Origin: Mobula hypostoma
Taxonomy: Eukaryota
DNA: 64,000 nt
Assembly (NCBI RefSeq): GCF_963921235.1
Contig: NC_086108.1
Span: 107,014,001 to 107,078,000, forward strand
Direction of reading: 5' to 3'
Under the pieces are notes generated by a model. It saw only the letters and a program-made list of their open reading frames with translations. It made no database searches and had not been told where the DNA came from. Made by a program: the position numbers and the translations under genes. Positions 47,935 through 58,990 of this stretch are shown piece after piece (position 1 is the stretch's first letter; the number at the start of each line of letters is the position of its first letter).

Positions 47935-48561
47935 TGTTATGCTTTGTAACTTCAAAACATTAAATTAATTCAAAGAAGGAAATGACAGTCTGAAAATACA
48001 GGTGTAACTTTGAGTACTTTAAGTGAGGCCTGCACATATCCATCCGTGCTGGGTTGAGCGTCAAGCTAGCAACTGGGCCTCATAAAAATAAGAGAGCCTG
48101 CCAAAGAAACACCGTCATGACGGCGTCCCGATGACTCCACTCGGAGTTAATGGCTTTCTTCTTTCTTCATCTTTCTGCACATATCACGTGGCAGCATGGT
48201 GACATATACAATTAATGTCTTTTTATATATAACCCATAATAAGTTGTTTAAACAAACAAGAATGCTTGATTGAACAATATGTATACAAGATTAGAATTAG
48301 AATTAGGATTTATTTAAAATCTGATTTCCATCCCACAACGTGAGGGAGTAAAAACCTTTGCGATATGACTTTGTCGCAATGTACAGACATGTGAATTTAA
48401 AAGTCTAATGGCTTGTAGAAAGAAGTTGTCCTGCAGCCTGTTGGTCCTGGCTTTAATGCTGTGGTACCATTTGCCAGATGGAAGCAGCTGAAACAGTTTA
48501 TGGTTGGGGTGACTCGTGTGCCCGGTGATTTCCAGGCTTTCTAGTACTCAAATATGCAACA
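47935..48561. mobile_element. Solo LTR-like element with nested insertions
   Basis: TGTT...AACA termini; 5-bp flanks CTGGA/ATGGA (4 of 5). It interrupts a PLE pseudo-LTR (GGCAGCATC..TGGA|GAGGAATAAAC). Confidence 0.6.
48041..48174 (+). mobile_element. 5'-truncated SINE with RTE-type tail
   Basis: 11-bp TSD CTGCACATATC (48030-40 and 48175-85). Body shared with 58740-58990; tail GATGACTCCACTCGGAGTTAATGGCT(TTC)n. Confidence 0.85.
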
Positions 48562-49887
48562 ATGGAGAGGAATAAACAATTGACATTTCGGGCCAAGATC
48601 CTTCAACAGAAATAACCAGTGATTATTTGAGTTAGATTATCCTTTTCGCTTCAGAACTGATCCTTCGAGTATTTCCAGCACATTTGCCCTTATTGTGCAA
48701 GCAAAGTTGCCGGATTCTGTGAGTCATTGCAGCTTTGAAATAGCAGAGCAGTTCAGTGGGTAGCATGGAGAATGGCATGATAGCGTAGTGGCTGGCTTTA
48801 CCGTGCTGTCCAGTTACACCCATGTGACTAGTTAACCTACTGAGCAACTCGTCTTTGGAATGTGGGAGGAAACAAGAGCACCCGGTGGAAACCCACACAG
48901 TCATGAACAGAACATACAAACTCCTCACAGGCTGAAGTGGGGATTGAACCTGAGTCGCTGGCACTGTAATAAGGTTGTACTAACCACCATGTTAACATGC
49001 CACCTGTAACTAACTGGAGATTTTATTACTAGTTTAATTAATTCAGCGCAGCATTGTGGACCAAAGGGCTTGTTCAAGTGCCTTACTCTTCTATGTTCTA
49101 AAGGGGACATGTGGAGTGGTGAGAATGGGGCTAGTCATAGTCTTACAACATGGAGGCAAGTCCTTCAGGCCATCGGGTTTTTGTCAGTGAAGGTGCCATC
49201 CAAGCAAGTCCTGTTTGGTTGCGTTCAGCCCACATCCCTCCTTCTCCCCTCCCATCCATGGCTGGGAGGTGGTAGGTGGACTGAGCAGGGGCGAAAAACG
49301 TGTAGACAGTAGTCTCCAGACCTCAGCTGTCAGGCTTTGACTTACAAACAAGATGGCACCGAGCAAAAATAAATGAGCGAGAAGTCGTCGGGAAAGCTGG
49401 GAAGCATTTCTCCAGCTGCACGGTTTCCCTGGTGATCAATAGTGACACACTGCTCTTGTGTCCTGTTACTCTGTCCTATCAATCAAACATTAATGACTCA
49501 TAATCACATAACAAATGCTTCTGAGTGTTTAATGGCCAATTCATTAAAGCCAAAATTATACTGACCTGCCATCTCGCTTGAAGAACGTATACACTGTGGC
49601 TGTGATGGTGCTAATGTTCATCAGCCCCTCGTAAAAATAAATTGGTTGGAAGTGGCTACAGAGTGAGTTTCCGATGACTTTTTTTTCAACTACATTGACT
49701 ATACAGGGACAAAAATCTGTTCCTGGATGCAGAATTAGCAGGTTTATGACAGCCTATTGTTTCAACACAGAGTTCAATGCTTTCAGATAATCACTAGTGA
49801 TGGAAAATAATCACTATTTCCAGCAAGTGTTCTGTGGTGTTTCATTGTTTCACAGCTCTCTGTGGGGCAGACAAATCTTAGGGTTGT

Positions 49888-50205
49888 ATCACTTATTTGC
49901 TGCCCGTTTTGCCGCTGGCATTTAGGGCAGCAATGGAGGTCCTCCATCTCTGTCTGTATAGAAGGATTCTTCTTTGCTGTTTCTGAAATAGTTGCTTTTT
50001 GACCAGTCAAAGTTGTTAGCCCTGAGCTGAACCCGCAAACCCGGAGGACCAGCGACCATTTTTAGTCTGGCCTCTACCTTTTGACCTGTTTGACATGGGT
50101 GACCCTACCAAGAACCGAAACACAAGGCCCTGACTCCAGCCAACATAGCTCTCCAGTTCATTGAGGCTGGCAAGCCTTCAAACCACGACGAGATTGTGGT
50201 CCTTT
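49888..50205 (-). mobile_element. Bipartite non-autonomous RTE (BovB/Expander-type head plus RTE tail)
   Basis: Same head and tail as 27304-27692 with a shorter middle. Confidence 0.8.
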
Positions 50206-50672
50206 TGGAGGGTCAGGGTTGTATATTGCATACATACTTTGAGAACAAGTGTAGTTTGAATCATTAAAATAACTTTAAAGCTATTACTCTACGACCATTA
50301 GACTCCCTTGAAGAGACATTTAAGTAGGTGATTGGAGGAGTGTATGGAGGGAACGTCAGAGATAAGTTTATTTTACAGAGAGTGGTGGGTGCCTGGGCTG
50401 ATGCTGGAGGAAGATACATGAGATGTTTAGATACATAAATGTGAGGAAGAAGGAAGGATATAGACATTGGCCAGGAAGAAAAGATTTGGCACAACATTGT
50501 GAGCTGAAGGGTCACTTCCTCTGCTGTGCTGGTCTATGTTCTATGTTCTATTTTCCTGAACCAGCACGGATAATTTCACTCACCTCAAACATGAACTGAT
50601 TCCATAACCTACAGACTCACCATCTGGCTGAAGAAATTTTTCCTCATCTCTGTTCTAAATGGACATCCCTCT

Positions 50673-51055
50673 GTTGGGGCTAAACAGCGACTCCTTTGCT
50701 CGCATCTTCAGAAACAGCTCTATTTCTATCTCTGATATCTCTTTATTTCCTTTTCAAGGTTTCTTTGAAGACTCTGACCTGGAGTTACACTCTGACTTTG
50801 GTCCTTTGTGGGAATGGGACCCTCTCTCAGGGCCTCATGACCGGCTGCTTTTTGATATCCCAAGGATGCGACCTGGAAGGCAAGCCTGCCTTCAAGGTTT
50901 TGGGTTTTCGTGGCTCTGGAGGTGGGCTGATTCTAGGCTGGTGCCCCTGACTGAAGTGTTGCGGTAGAACTTGGATGTTTGCAAAGAAAAAAAAATTTCA
51001 AGATGTATATTTTATACATTTCTCTGAAGTTAAATGTATCTATTGAAACCTATTG
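50673..51055 (+). mobile_element. Non-autonomous LINE derivative (shorter relative of 21829-22630)
   Basis: Direct similarity to the reverse complement of 22340-22615, plus a shared tail; inserted in a CR1. Confidence 0.7.
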
Positions 51056-51665
51056 TTCTGAGGCTGTGTTCTCTGGTCCTAGACTTACCCAGCATAGGAA
51101 ACATCCTCCCTACATCCACGCTATCTAGGCTGTTGAATATTTGACTGGTTTCAATGAGATCCCCTCTCATTCTTCTAAACTTCAGTGAATACAGGCCCGG
51201 GGCCATCGAATGCTCTTCATACATTAACCCTTTCATTCCTGCAATCATTCTCGTGAACCTCTTCTGGTCTCTCTCCAATACCAGCACATATCTCTTCTTA
51301 GAAGAAGGGACCCAAAACTGCTCATATACTCCAAGTGCAACGTGACCAATGCCTTATAAAGCCACACCATTACATCCTTGCTTTTATATTCTAGTCTTCT
51401 TGAAATTAATGCTAAATATTGCATAAGTCTTCCTCACCACCAACATGCTGCAAATTAATCTTCAGGGAATCCTGCACAAGGACTCCCAAGTCCCTTTGCA
51501 CCTCTGATTTTTAAATTTTCTCCCCATTTATAAAATAGTCCTTGCCTTTATTCCTTCGACCAAAGTGCATGACCGTGCACTTCCCTACACTATATTTTAT
51601 CTGCCACTTCTTTGCCCATTTTCTAATTCTGTCTGTCTTTCTGCTGACTCCCTGCTTCCTCGTGC
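51050..51665 (-). mobile_element. CR1 LINE RT fragment
   Basis: LERDQKRFTRMIAGMKGLMYEE...FRRMRGDLIET. Confidence 0.88.
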
Positions 51666-51841
51666 ACTTTAACACTGCTCAGGTTCTTGGCAGCCTCCTG
51701 CCATCCTCTGCATCCGCAGATTTTAAAATTCAGATTTCCAATTGCCACATTATTTTGCATTAGCCTGGATATGTGTGGCAATGACGGGCGATTTATTCTT
51801 GTCCTTGCTATGGTGGAACTGAGATAATCACAGACACAAAA

Positions 51842-52080
51842 GAAATATAGTTCACCTTCTGTATCCTTGGGACATCCCAAAGTCCTTCAGAATCAATGAA
51901 CCACTTGAAGTTTAGCCACTCTTGCTTTGTTGTTAAGTGGGCCAGCTGTCTTGCCCACAGCAAAGACATTGCAAACACCAATGAGATAACTGACCAATTA
52001 ATCTGTTTTTGGCTGTGCTGGCAGTCCCTGCCATTTGAAAGGTGTCATGATTTTGACCTCAGCTATCTTGTCCCATCAAA
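51842..52080 (-). mobile_element. Ancient Deu-domain SINE remnant (SacSINE1/AmnSINE-like)
   Basis: GGACATCCCAAAG..CTT...CAATGAA...TTGAAGT.TAG.CACT...CACAGCAAA...CAAACA.CAATGAGATAA.TGACCA..TAATCTGTTTTT resembles the reverse complement of the DeuSINE 3' half, recalled from memory. Confidence 0.6.
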
Positions 52081-53097
52081 TATGGGCCAGTCGTTCATCC
52101 ATCTTCAATAGCAATCAATAAGATATGTACGAACACACCCTGGTCTATCAGAGCCAGAGCCCTCCCCAATGAGAGAATCTACAGAAGGTCCATCACAGGT
52201 GAAGTCCTCCGTAGCACTGGGGAGCGCTGTTGCAGGAAAGCAGCATCCATCATCAAGGACCCCACCATCCAGATTATGCTCTCTTCTCTCTTCTCATCTG
52301 GAAGGAGGAACAGGAGCCTTAAGTCCCACACCACAAGCTTCAAGAACAGTTATTACCCCACAACCAGCAGGCTCCTGAATCAGCATGGATAACTTCACTC
52401 ACCTCAATACTGAGGTCCCAACTGATTCCACAATCTATTGACTCACTTTCAATCATTCTACAACTCCTATTCTCAATATTATTATTACCTGTTTATCTCT
52501 TATTATTACTTTCATTTTCTTTCTGTATTTTCAAAAATTATTGTCTTTTGCACATTGGTTGTTTGTTTGTCTCACTTTGTGTGTAGTTTTTCATTGATTC
52601 TATTCTATTTCCTTGCACCTGCTGTGAATGCCCACAAGAAAAAGAATCTCAGGATAGTATATGGTGACATATTTGTATTTTGATAATAAATGTACTTTGA
52701 AACGTAGTGAAATGCATTGTTTGCGTCAAATCAAATTAGCCAGAATTGTGCTGGGGCCAGCTTGTCAGTGTCGCGCGCCGGGTACCAACATAGCATGCCC
52801 ACAACCCATGAACCTTAACCTAAACATCTTTGGAATGTGGGAGAAAACTGGAGCACCCAGAGGAAAACCACTTGGTCATGGGGAGAACATACAAACTCCT
52901 TACAGACAGCGGCGGGAATCGGAAGCCAATCCCTGGCGCAGTAAAGCAGTTGACATAATTGCTATGTCTGTGGATAGGCACATGAATGAAAGGAAAATGG
53001 AGGGCTATGCGGGCAGGAAGAGTTAGATTGACCTTCGAGTGGGTTGCGAGATTGACACAACCTCATGGGTTGAAGGGCCTGTGAGGTGCTGTACTGT

Positions 53098-53625
53098 TCA
53101 GAGGGAGTACAAAGAAGGTTCACCAGATTGATTCCTGGGATGGCAGGACTTTCATATGAAGAAAGACTGGATGAACTGGGCTTGTACTCGTTGGAATTTA
53201 GAAGATTGAGGGGGGATCTGATTGAAACGTATAAGATCCTAAAAGGATTGGACAGGCTAGATGCAGGAAGATTGTTCCCAATGTGGGGGAAGTCCAGAAC
53301 GAGGGGCCACAGTTTGAGGATAGAGGGGAAGCCTTTTAGGACCGAGATTAGGAAAAACTTCTTCACACAGAGAGTGGTGAATCTGTGGAATTCTCTGCCA
53401 CAGGAAACAGTTGAGGCCAGTTCATTGGCTATATTTAAGAGGGAGTTAGATATGGCCCTTGTGGCTACGGGGGTCAGGGGGTATGGAGGGAAGGCTGGGG
53501 CAGGGTTCTGAGTTGGATGATCAGCCATGATCATAATAAATGGCGGTGCAGGCTCGAAGGGCCGAATGGCCTACTCCTGCACCTATTTTCTATGTTTCTA
53601 TGTTTCTATGTTCTATGTTCTATGT
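53098..53625 (+). mobile_element. Young CR1 3' copy
   Basis: Uninterrupted ORF2 end EGVQRRFTRLIPG...GYGGKAGAGF*; one amino-acid difference from 60471-61464; (TTCTATGT)n tail. Confidence 0.95.
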
Positions 53626-54171
53626 CCTAAACCAGGCTGGATCACTGCCTCAAAACTGTGGCCTGTACGCCCTCTCTCAGTCCTGAAGGTGTGGGGTCAA
53701 AATGCAGACTGTGGTGGATGAGGCTTCCAAGAGAACAACTGAGGTTGGGTGGGACCAGAAATAGAGGTCATGGGTTGAGGGTGAAAGGTGAACATGAGGA
53801 TAAACTACTTCACTCAGAGGGTTGTGAGAGTGTAGAATGAGCTGCCAGTGCAAGTGGTGCATGCGAGCTCACTTTCAACATTTGAGATAGTTTGGATAGG
53901 TACAGGTCTATTTGCTATGGAGCGTTATGGTTCCAATGCAGGCCAATGGGAGCAGGCAGTTTGAATGGTTTGGCACAGACTAGATGGGCCAAAGAGCCCA
54001 TTTCTGCACTGTACCTTTTTATGTCTCCATGACTGTATAACAAAACACTGACATTAATTACCCCAAACATCAGAGACATCTGGTACATGAAAAAAGACAA
54101 CTTGCACACATACAAAATGGCAGCTCTTCTATATTGCCTTTCAGGCTGTCTCAAAAGATTTTAAAAAAAGA

Positions 54172-54422
54172 ACACTTGTTGGCCACTTTATTACATAAAT
54201 CCTGTACTTAAAATTGGCCACTGTATGTATGCTTGTGGTCTTCTGCTGCTTAGCTCGTTCAGTTCAAGGTTCAACGCGTTGTGCGTTCAGAGATGCTCTT
54301 CTGCTCACCACTGTTGTAACGCGTGGTGATTTGAGTTACTGCCTTTTCCTGTCACCTTGAACCGGTCTGTCCATTCCCCTCTGACCTCTCTCACCTACAA
54401 GGCGTTTTCACCCACAGAACTG
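54172..54422 (-). mobile_element. Non-autonomous Tc1 fragment
   Basis: TIR motif TGGCCACTTTATTA. The minus strand encodes a decayed Tc1 transposase N-terminus (QFCG*KRLVGERGQRGMDRPVQGDRK). Confidence 0.75.
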
Positions 54423-54565
54423 GTGTGAGCTTTCACGCTGACCGAGGGCCCAGTGCGTGAGTGACAGGGAAGTTCAAGGTGAGCTCCAACTTGTGCACAT
54501 TTGACTGTTTAATTAAAATGGGCCCTTTCTTTTTTTTCTTTTTTTACTAACCATTTAGATAAGTT

Positions 54566-55033
54566 CAAACATACCCGATCAAAACTTTTCCATAGACGGC
54601 TTCCAGACCATTCGGGCTGACCGGAAGTGCACTGAGAGCGGTAAGCGTAAAGGAGTTGGGGTCTCGCTGTTCTGGTTAACAACAGATGGTGCAATTCGGG
54701 TCATATTATGATCGAGGAACGTGTTTGTAGACCAGATATTGAACTTTTTGCTGTTGGACTCTGACCATATTCCACCAAGATACAACACTGGGCGTCATGG
54801 GAGGTTGTGCCTGCCTGTGGCCATCGAACTTTGCAGCTCCTCCCGTGGAGGGTCAGACACCCTGAGCCAATAGGCTGGTCCTGGACTTATTTCCATCTGG
54901 CATAGTTTGCATATTGTCGTTTGATTGTTTGTGGTTTTTGTATTGCTATATTTATGCTCTACTTTTGGTTGGTGCCGCTGTAATGAAACCCAATTTCCCT
55001 CGGGATCAATAAAGTATATCTATCTATCTATCC
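54566..55033 (+). mobile_element. Internally deleted Rex1/Babar LINE
   Basis: APE-like PDQNFSIDGFQTIRADRKCTESGKRKG...VNNRWC joined to C-terminal PPRYNTGRHGRLCLPVAIEL; tail AATAAAGTAT(ATCT)n; possible TSD AAGTT (54561-65 and 55034-38). Confidence 0.8.
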
Positions 55034-55261
55034 AAGTTAAGATTCATAAATATAATGTCTTTAATCATATGCAGTGTGCTGTCTGTTACTTTTTGGCACT
55101 GAATTGTAACAGGGTAGCAAATTACATCCACACAAACTGGGGTTTGGAGTGGGACGAGCCATCTCAGTTTCACGGGTTTGGCGGGACCGGAGGATGTCTT
55201 CCCTGGACCTACGCAGCCAAGGATCTAGGGGGTTTCAAAATGTTGGGTTATCTAATGCCCT

Positions 55262-55815
55262 CAGTGGAGTTCAGATCTAGTGACGTTCTCCTTAAGGTGT
55301 ATAATGTACTTGTGAGGCCACACCTTGAGGGCTGTGTACAGTTTTGGTCTCCATACTTTGTGAGGGATGTGAAGGCACTAGATGGAGTTGATAAAGGGTG
55401 GCAAGGCTCATTCCAGGTCTGCAGGGTATGAGCTATGAAGAAAGATTGAAAGAATTAAATCTTTTTAGCCTAAGTAGATGTAGAATGGGAAGAGACATGA
55501 TAGAAGTGTTCAAAATCATTAAGAGTATACTGTAAGTAAAGTGCCACTTCAAAATTAATCCACAGCGAGGGCATGGTGCTATAGGTGTGGAGACTGGCTA
55601 ACGGGGGATTTCAGACTAACGTCAGGAAGCATTTCACTGCACACCGAGTTGTGGGCACATGGAACAAACTACCTAGTTGTGTAGTTGAGAGTAGAACCTT
55701 AGAGACTTTCAAATCTAAACTCAATAGTCATTTCAGCACACTATGTGAATAGAAATTTGGCAAGCTTTGTTGGGCCGAATGGCCTGTTCTTATCCAAAAC
55801 TTTTTAAAGTTCTAT
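55262..55815 (+). mobile_element. CR1 LINE 3' fragment (divergent subfamily)
   Basis: VEFRSSDVLLKVYNVLVRPHLEGCVQFWSPYFVRDVKALDGV. Confidence 0.85.
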
Positions 55816-56240
55816 TGCTGCCCTAGACGCCAATGGCGTAAAGGGAAGTAAGTAACATGGGAGGGAGGGGCTAGATTAATTTTAGAGTAGGTTTAAAAGC
55901 TTGGTACAACATTATGGGCCGAAAGGACTGTACTGTACATTAGGCTCTATGTTCAACAGTCCTGATGAACGATCTTAATTATCCCTCTGCCTCCACAGAT
56001 GCTGTTTGATGCATGGAGTTCTTCCTCCTGTTTTCTCTCTTTTCCAGAACATTTAACACAAGTGATTGCAAGTACTGGGATGTGATTAAGTTGTAGAGCT
56101 TAAACACCAGAGCATACCTGTGGGGCTAAGTGGTGTAGGAGAGTCATTCTATAATTAGCAGTGGACAACTATCTATCTGTGTGAACTTCTGCATTGAAGT
56201 CTGCATCGACCTCCCTCACAAGCAAGAGTCACAGTGTAAC

Positions 56241-56255
56241 TCAGCAGAGGGCAGC
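56241..56255 (+). promoter_or_regulatory. Candidate CTCF binding site
   Basis: TCAGCAGAGGGCAGC fits the core CCASYAGRKGGCRS with one mismatch, in unique sequence. Confidence 0.45.
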
Positions 56256-57149
56256 CACTCAGTGGAATTGTTGCTCCGTTAGCCTCACCTCACTGCTCCT
56301 TGTCTGCAGCCTGACAAGTTTTCTGTTCTTGTTCGAGCACGGATCTCGTTCCCTTTGTCAACGTCAGAATGAAGTGCTCATGTGCTTGACCTGAGTCAAG
56401 CGACAAGACCGGTCTTCATCTGACACACCGAGTCTGTCACCAGAGCATAGAACATTGAACAGGACAACACGGGAACAGATCCCTCATCCTTCGTTGCTGT
56501 AGTGTGCTAATTAATCCAATAATTGAACATCAAGCTAAACTAATCACCTCTGCCCACAGAATGTCCATATTCCCCCGTTCTCTGCACACTCATGTGCTTA
56601 TCTAAAAGCCTCTATTTTATTTGCCCCCTTTACCACCCCTGGCAGCGCATTCCACAATCAGAATCAGAATCGGGTTTAACATCAACTGCAAATGTTGCGA
56701 AATCTGTTAAATCTGCGGCAGCAGTATAACGCTAATAAAAGGGAGAAAAAAACTGAATTACAGTAAATACATATATTGTTAAATTACGTAAACAGTGCAA
56801 AAGATAACAAATTTAAAAAAGTAGTGAGGCAGTGTTCATGGGTTCAATGTCCGTCCAGAAATCTGATGGCAGAGGGGAAGGAGGTGTTCCTGAATTGCTG
56901 AGTGTGTGTCTTTCGGCTTTTCTATGTCCTTCTTGATGCTAGCAATGCAAAGGGGACATGTCCCAGGTGATGGGGTCCTTAATAATGGATGCCACCTTTC
57001 TGAGGCACTGCTCTGTGTAAATGACCTGGATGCTATGGAGGCTAAGTACCCATGCTGGTGCTCACAATTATGAAAATAATTGCCCCATGCATCTCCTTTT
57101 GAGCTCCCAGCCAACTTAAATTTATGCCCTTGAGTAGTAGACATTTCAT

Positions 57150-57590
57150 CCCGCTAATGCCCCACCTCCCCCTCGTACCCCATCCGTTAATTATTTATAT
57201 ACACATATTCTTTTTCTCTCTCTCCTTTTTCTCCCTCTGTTCCTCTCACTATACCCCTTGCCCATCCTCCGGGCTTTTTTTCCCCTCCCCCTTTTCTTTC
57301 TCCCTGGGCCTCCTGTCCCATGATCCTCTCGTATCCCTTTTGCCAATCACCTGTCCAGCTCTTGGCTCCACCCCTCCCCCTCCTGTCTTCTCCTATCATT
57401 TTGGATCTCCCCATCTCCCTCCAACTTTCAAATCTCTTACTAGCTCTTCTTTCAGTTAGTCCTGACGAAGGGTCTCGGCCTGAAACGTCGACTGTACCTC
57501 TTCCTAGAGATGCTGCCTGGCCTGCTGCGTTCACCAGCAACCTTTATGTGTGTTGCTTGAAATTCCAGCATCTGCAGATTTCCTCGTGTC
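57150..57590 (+). mobile_element. Young PLE pseudo-LTR / 3' end
   Basis: Pyrimidine-rich body colinear with the reverse complement of 3650-3975; CpGs retained; ends CAGCATCTGCAGATTTCCTCGTGT. Confidence 0.9.
57458..57493 (+). ncRNA. Minimal type I hammerhead ribozyme (PLE-type), intact core
   Basis: Stem I AGTC/GACT; CTGACGA 57462-68; stem II AGG/CCT; GAAA 57482-85; palindromic ACGT; GTC cleavage triplet 57487-89. Confidence 0.8.
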
Positions 57591-58359
57591 TGTTCCATCT
57601 ATTCCTCTCATAATCTTATAAACTTCTATCAGGTCTCCCCTCAACCTTTACCACTCCGAAGGAAAAAAAATGTCCAATTTCTCCTTTTTGTTCATGCCCT
57701 GTAATCTGAGCAGTATCCTGGTAATCTGTTCTGTACCCTCTTCAAAGTTTTCGCATCCTCCTTATACTGGGATGGCCAGAATTGATTGCAATATTCCAGA
57801 TGCAGCCTAACCAGAGTTTTAAAAAACTGCAGCATATCTTCCTGAGGATAGAACTCAGCGCTTAGACTAATGAAGGCCAGTATGCCATAAAGGTTAGCTT
57901 TATTTGTAGTATATTGAAACATACAAATGTCCCCACACTTTCAGTGCCAACATAGCGTGCCCACAACTCACTAACCCCTAATCATACATCTTTGGAATGT
58001 GGGAGGAAACCGGTGCACCTGGAGAAAATACGAGCGGTGATGAAGAGAATGTGTAAACTCTTTAGAGACAACGGCGGGAATCAAACCCCAATCGTACAGC
58101 TGGCAACCCAGAGCATTGTTCTAACCACTCGGTTTCAGTTCTGGTCGACTCATTTTAGAAAGGTTGTCGAGGCTTTGGAGAGGGTGTAGAAGAGGTTTAC
58201 TAGGATGCTGTCTGATTAAAGGGCATGTGCTATAATGAGAAGTTGGACAAACTTGAGTTGATGTCTTTGGAGCGCAGAGGCTAAGGAGAGATTGGATAGA
58301 AGAACTATCTGGCGACAACAGAGCAGAGATCTGATGGAGGTTTTCGGTGAGGCATAGAT

Positions 58360-58717
58360 AGATCATCATCACCATTATGTGCCATGTCATATGAGGTAGG
58401 CAATCATGCTGTATGACCATGATTGTTTTTGGAAAATTCTACAGAAGAGGTTTGCCATTGCCTTCTTCTGGGCAGTATCTTTACAAGATGGCTGATCCCC
58501 TCCGTTATCAATACTCTTCAGAGATTGCCTGCCCAGTATCATAGCCAGGTGTTGTGATATGCACACATAAGACTATCCACCACTTGATCCCATGGCTTCA
58601 CATGACCCTGATCAAGGGGCTAAGCAGGTGCTACAATTTGCCCAAGGGTGACCTGCAGGATAGTGGAGAGAAGGAGTACTTTACACCTCCTTTGATACAG
58701 ACATATCTCCGTTCGCC
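58360..58717 (-). mobile_element. RTE (BovB-like)-derived non-autonomous element
   Basis: Minus strand GAAGGCAATGGCAAACCTCTTCTGTAG...AAAAACAATCATGG resembles the BovB/Sauria-type segment; (TGA)n tail. Confidence 0.65.
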
Positions 58718-58739
58718 ATACTAATAGATACTAATAGAT

Positions 58740-58990
58740 GGCTCAATGCCATCAGCGCCAGATTCCGGAGCGAAGGCTCCCAAGTTTGAATCCAAGTCGG
58801 GCCACCCCCCGAGCACGCTTTCCATCCGTGCCGGGTTGAGCGTCGAGCTAGCCACTCGGCCTCGTAAAAAACAAAGGGTCGAGTCAGGAATGTTCGTATC
58901 GTGACCCGGTTAATCTGAAAGGAGACCAACCCTGACACCACGCGCCAGACAAGAATGGCTGACTATATGGTGTGACACGCTAAAAAAAAA
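58740..58990 (+). mobile_element. tRNA-headed SINE
   Basis: A-box-like TGGCTCAATG, B-box-like GTTTGAATCC; CpG-rich body CATCCGTGCCGGGTTGAGCGTCGAGCTAGC.ACTCGGCCTCGTAAAAA; poly(A) end; AATAGAT on both flanks. Confidence 0.75.

Noticed and set aside
52962..53534. 190-aa minus-strand ORF
   Set aside because: Antisense shadow of the young CR1 ORF2, repeated at 60539-60766.
54925..55431. 168-aa ORF as a host gene
   Set aside because: A chimera of Rex1 3'UTR, intervening sequence and CR1 RT.
58610..58717. HDV-like motif (minus strand GTCACCCTTGGGCAA...GCTTAG) in the BovB-like element
   Set aside because: The P1 5' strand is missing and P4 is broken in this copy, so it is suggestive only. Worth retesting on a consensus.
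58825..58872. Twister ribozyme
   Set aside because: The GGGTTG...GCTAGC...CGTAAAA segment resembles sequence that follows twisters in some RTE heads, but the twister core (GGTCCCAAGCCC-type) is absent.
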